DNA from: Acidimicrobiia bacterium | GTDB taxonomy: Bacteria > Actinomycetota > Acidimicrobiia > Spongiisociales > ZC4RG35 | Reading direction: 5' to 3' | Assembly: GCA_035304485.1 (NCBI GenBank) | Contig: DATGPZ010000069.1 | Span: 324 to 64,323 of the forward strand | Length of the DNA stretch: 64,000 nt | Shown here: piece by piece, positions 63,256 to 64,000 of the stretch | Layout of the letters: the number at the start of each line of letters is the position of its first letter | Position numbering within the stretch: the first letter of the stretch is position 1 | Program-made: the position numbers and the translations under genes | The notes under the pieces: model-generated | Seen by the model: the letters and a program-made list of their open reading frames with translations, nothing else | The model's database searches: none | Told to the model about the DNA's origin: nothing

Positions 63256-64000
63256 ATGACCTGGACGAAGATCGAAGACCGCGGGCCGATTCGGTGGGTG
63301 ACCCTCGAGAACGCGGGCAAGCGCAATGCTGTGCCTCTGCACGGATGGTCGGAACTCCAGTCAGCGGTGCTCGACTTCGAACGGTCCTCGGCACGTGTTC
63401 TCGTCATCACCGGAGCGGGCGGAGATTTCTGTGCGGGAGTTGAGCTGGATCCGGCTCTGGCGAAGGCGAGCCTGATCGACCGCCATCGACGCATGAAGGC
63501 GGTAGCCGAGGTGGCGACGACCCTCCACCGTGCAACCAAACCCACGATCGCAGCAGTCGACGGAGTGGCCGTCGGGGCGGGCATGAACCTGGCTCTCGGG
63601 TGCGATGTCGTGATCGCCTCGACCCGGGCCCGGTTTTCCGAGATCTTCGTTCGGCGCGGGCTGACGCTCGACTTCGGCGGCTCGTGGCTGTTGCCACGAG
63701 TCGTGGGGCTGCAACGAGCCAAGGAACTGGCCCTCAGCGGTCGTATCGTCGAGGCCGAGGAAGCGGTCCGGATCGGCCTCTGCCTCGAAGTCGTTGCTCC
63801 GGAGGAGCTGGAGACCCGCGCCACTGAGCTGGCCGAGTCGTTCTTGGCGGGCGCACCGATCGCCCAGATGTTCGCCAAACAGGGGATCGACTCGGCCTGG
63901 GAGGTATCCTTCGAGGACGCCTTGGCATGGGAAGGCCAGTCTCAGGCGATCTGTTTCGCCACCGAGGACGTCGCCGAGGGGGTCGCCGCCTTCCTGGAGA
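63256..64000 (+). CDS. Enoyl-CoA hydratase/isomerase (crotonase) family protein (partial; 3' end off the right edge)
   Basis: My own translation from ATG 63256: MTWTKIEDRGPIRWVTLENAGKRNAV...VITGAGGDFCAGVEL...AAVDGVAVGAGMNLALGCD..., open to position 64000. It is absent from the ORF track because it lacks a stop in the window. Confidence 0.8.
   Translation, partial: MTWTKIEDRGPIRWVTLENAGKRNAVPLHGWSELQSAVLDFERSSARVLVITGAGGDFCAGVELDPALAKASLIDRHRRMKAVAEVATTLHRATKPTIAAVDGVAVGAGMNLALGCDVVIASTRARFSEIFVRRGLTLDFGGSWLLPRVVGLQRAKELALSGRIVEAEEAVRIGLCLEVVAPEELETRATELAESFLAGAPIAQMFAKQGIDSAWEVSFEDALAWEGQSQAICFATEDVAEGVAAFLE

Noticed and set aside
1-64000. Looked for CRISPR repeats, transposase/integrase genes, terminal inverted repeats, prophage or toxin-antitoxin cassettes, retron or DGR reverse transcriptases, and tRNA/rRNA genes.
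   Set aside because: No spaced identical repeats, recombinase-like ORFs or tRNA-like structures were seen. The only tandem DNA repeat is the in-frame 21-mer in rpsP. Low-GC patches are short promoter-sized spacers, not islands.

Overview
Gene-dense, high-GC (about two-thirds G+C by eye) chromosomal segment of an actinobacterium, possibly an Acidimicrobiia-like lineage (inference from gene content only). I support about 70 protein-coding genes, nearly all core housekeeping. Many are joined by 1-4 nt start/stop overlaps (ATGA, GTGA, TTGA, CTGA). The order resembles the mycobacterial Rv2890s-Rv2980s neighbourhood as I recall it: ddl ... rpmB / yloV-like / recG ... rsmD-coaD-sepIVA-like-yceD-rpmF-plsX-rnc ... 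mutM-acyP-smc-ftsY ... ffh-rpsP-KH-rimM / trmD-rplS-lepB-DUF2469-yraN. Other blocks: an AdnAB-type helicase-nuclease pair with a third Cas4-like nuclease; gdh; an acyl-CoA ligase; fabI/inhA; an mtrA-mtrB-lpqB-like operon; etfBA; deoA; ppc; a TetR-ABC2 exporter; and a seven-gene RDD / DUF95 / DUF58-MoxR-DUF4350-DUF4129-membrane cluster. I found no rRNA, tRNA, CRISPR array, transposase, integrase, prophage or recognisable defence island. The window reads as core genome, and no complete novel multi-gene system can be demonstrated from sequence alone. The items most worth a second look: (1) a ~740-bp non-coding gap (10664-11407) with an AT-rich divergent promoter island carrying TTTTCGCG repeats, flanked by two long hairpin-dense leaders, the minus-strand one (~350 nt) holding four C(UUCG)G tetraloops and matching no RNA family I recognise; (2) an alpha/beta hydrolase translationally coupled to a MurF-like ligase whose UDP-binding N-domain is replaced by a polytopic membrane domain; (3) the functionally uncharacterised MoxR/DUF58 envelope cluster; (4) lepB apparently starting at CTG inside a CTGA overlap with rplS; (5) a two-gene micro-operon (36-aa TM peptide plus 69-aa CxxC/HxxC protein) absent from the ORF track; (6) a YloV/FakA homologue lacking its Dak2 kinase domain. 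Two edge-truncated CDS (PlsB-like at the left edge, crotonase at the right edge) are also missing from the ORF track. Many long track ORFs are antisense or out-of-frame shadows typical of high-GC DNA.
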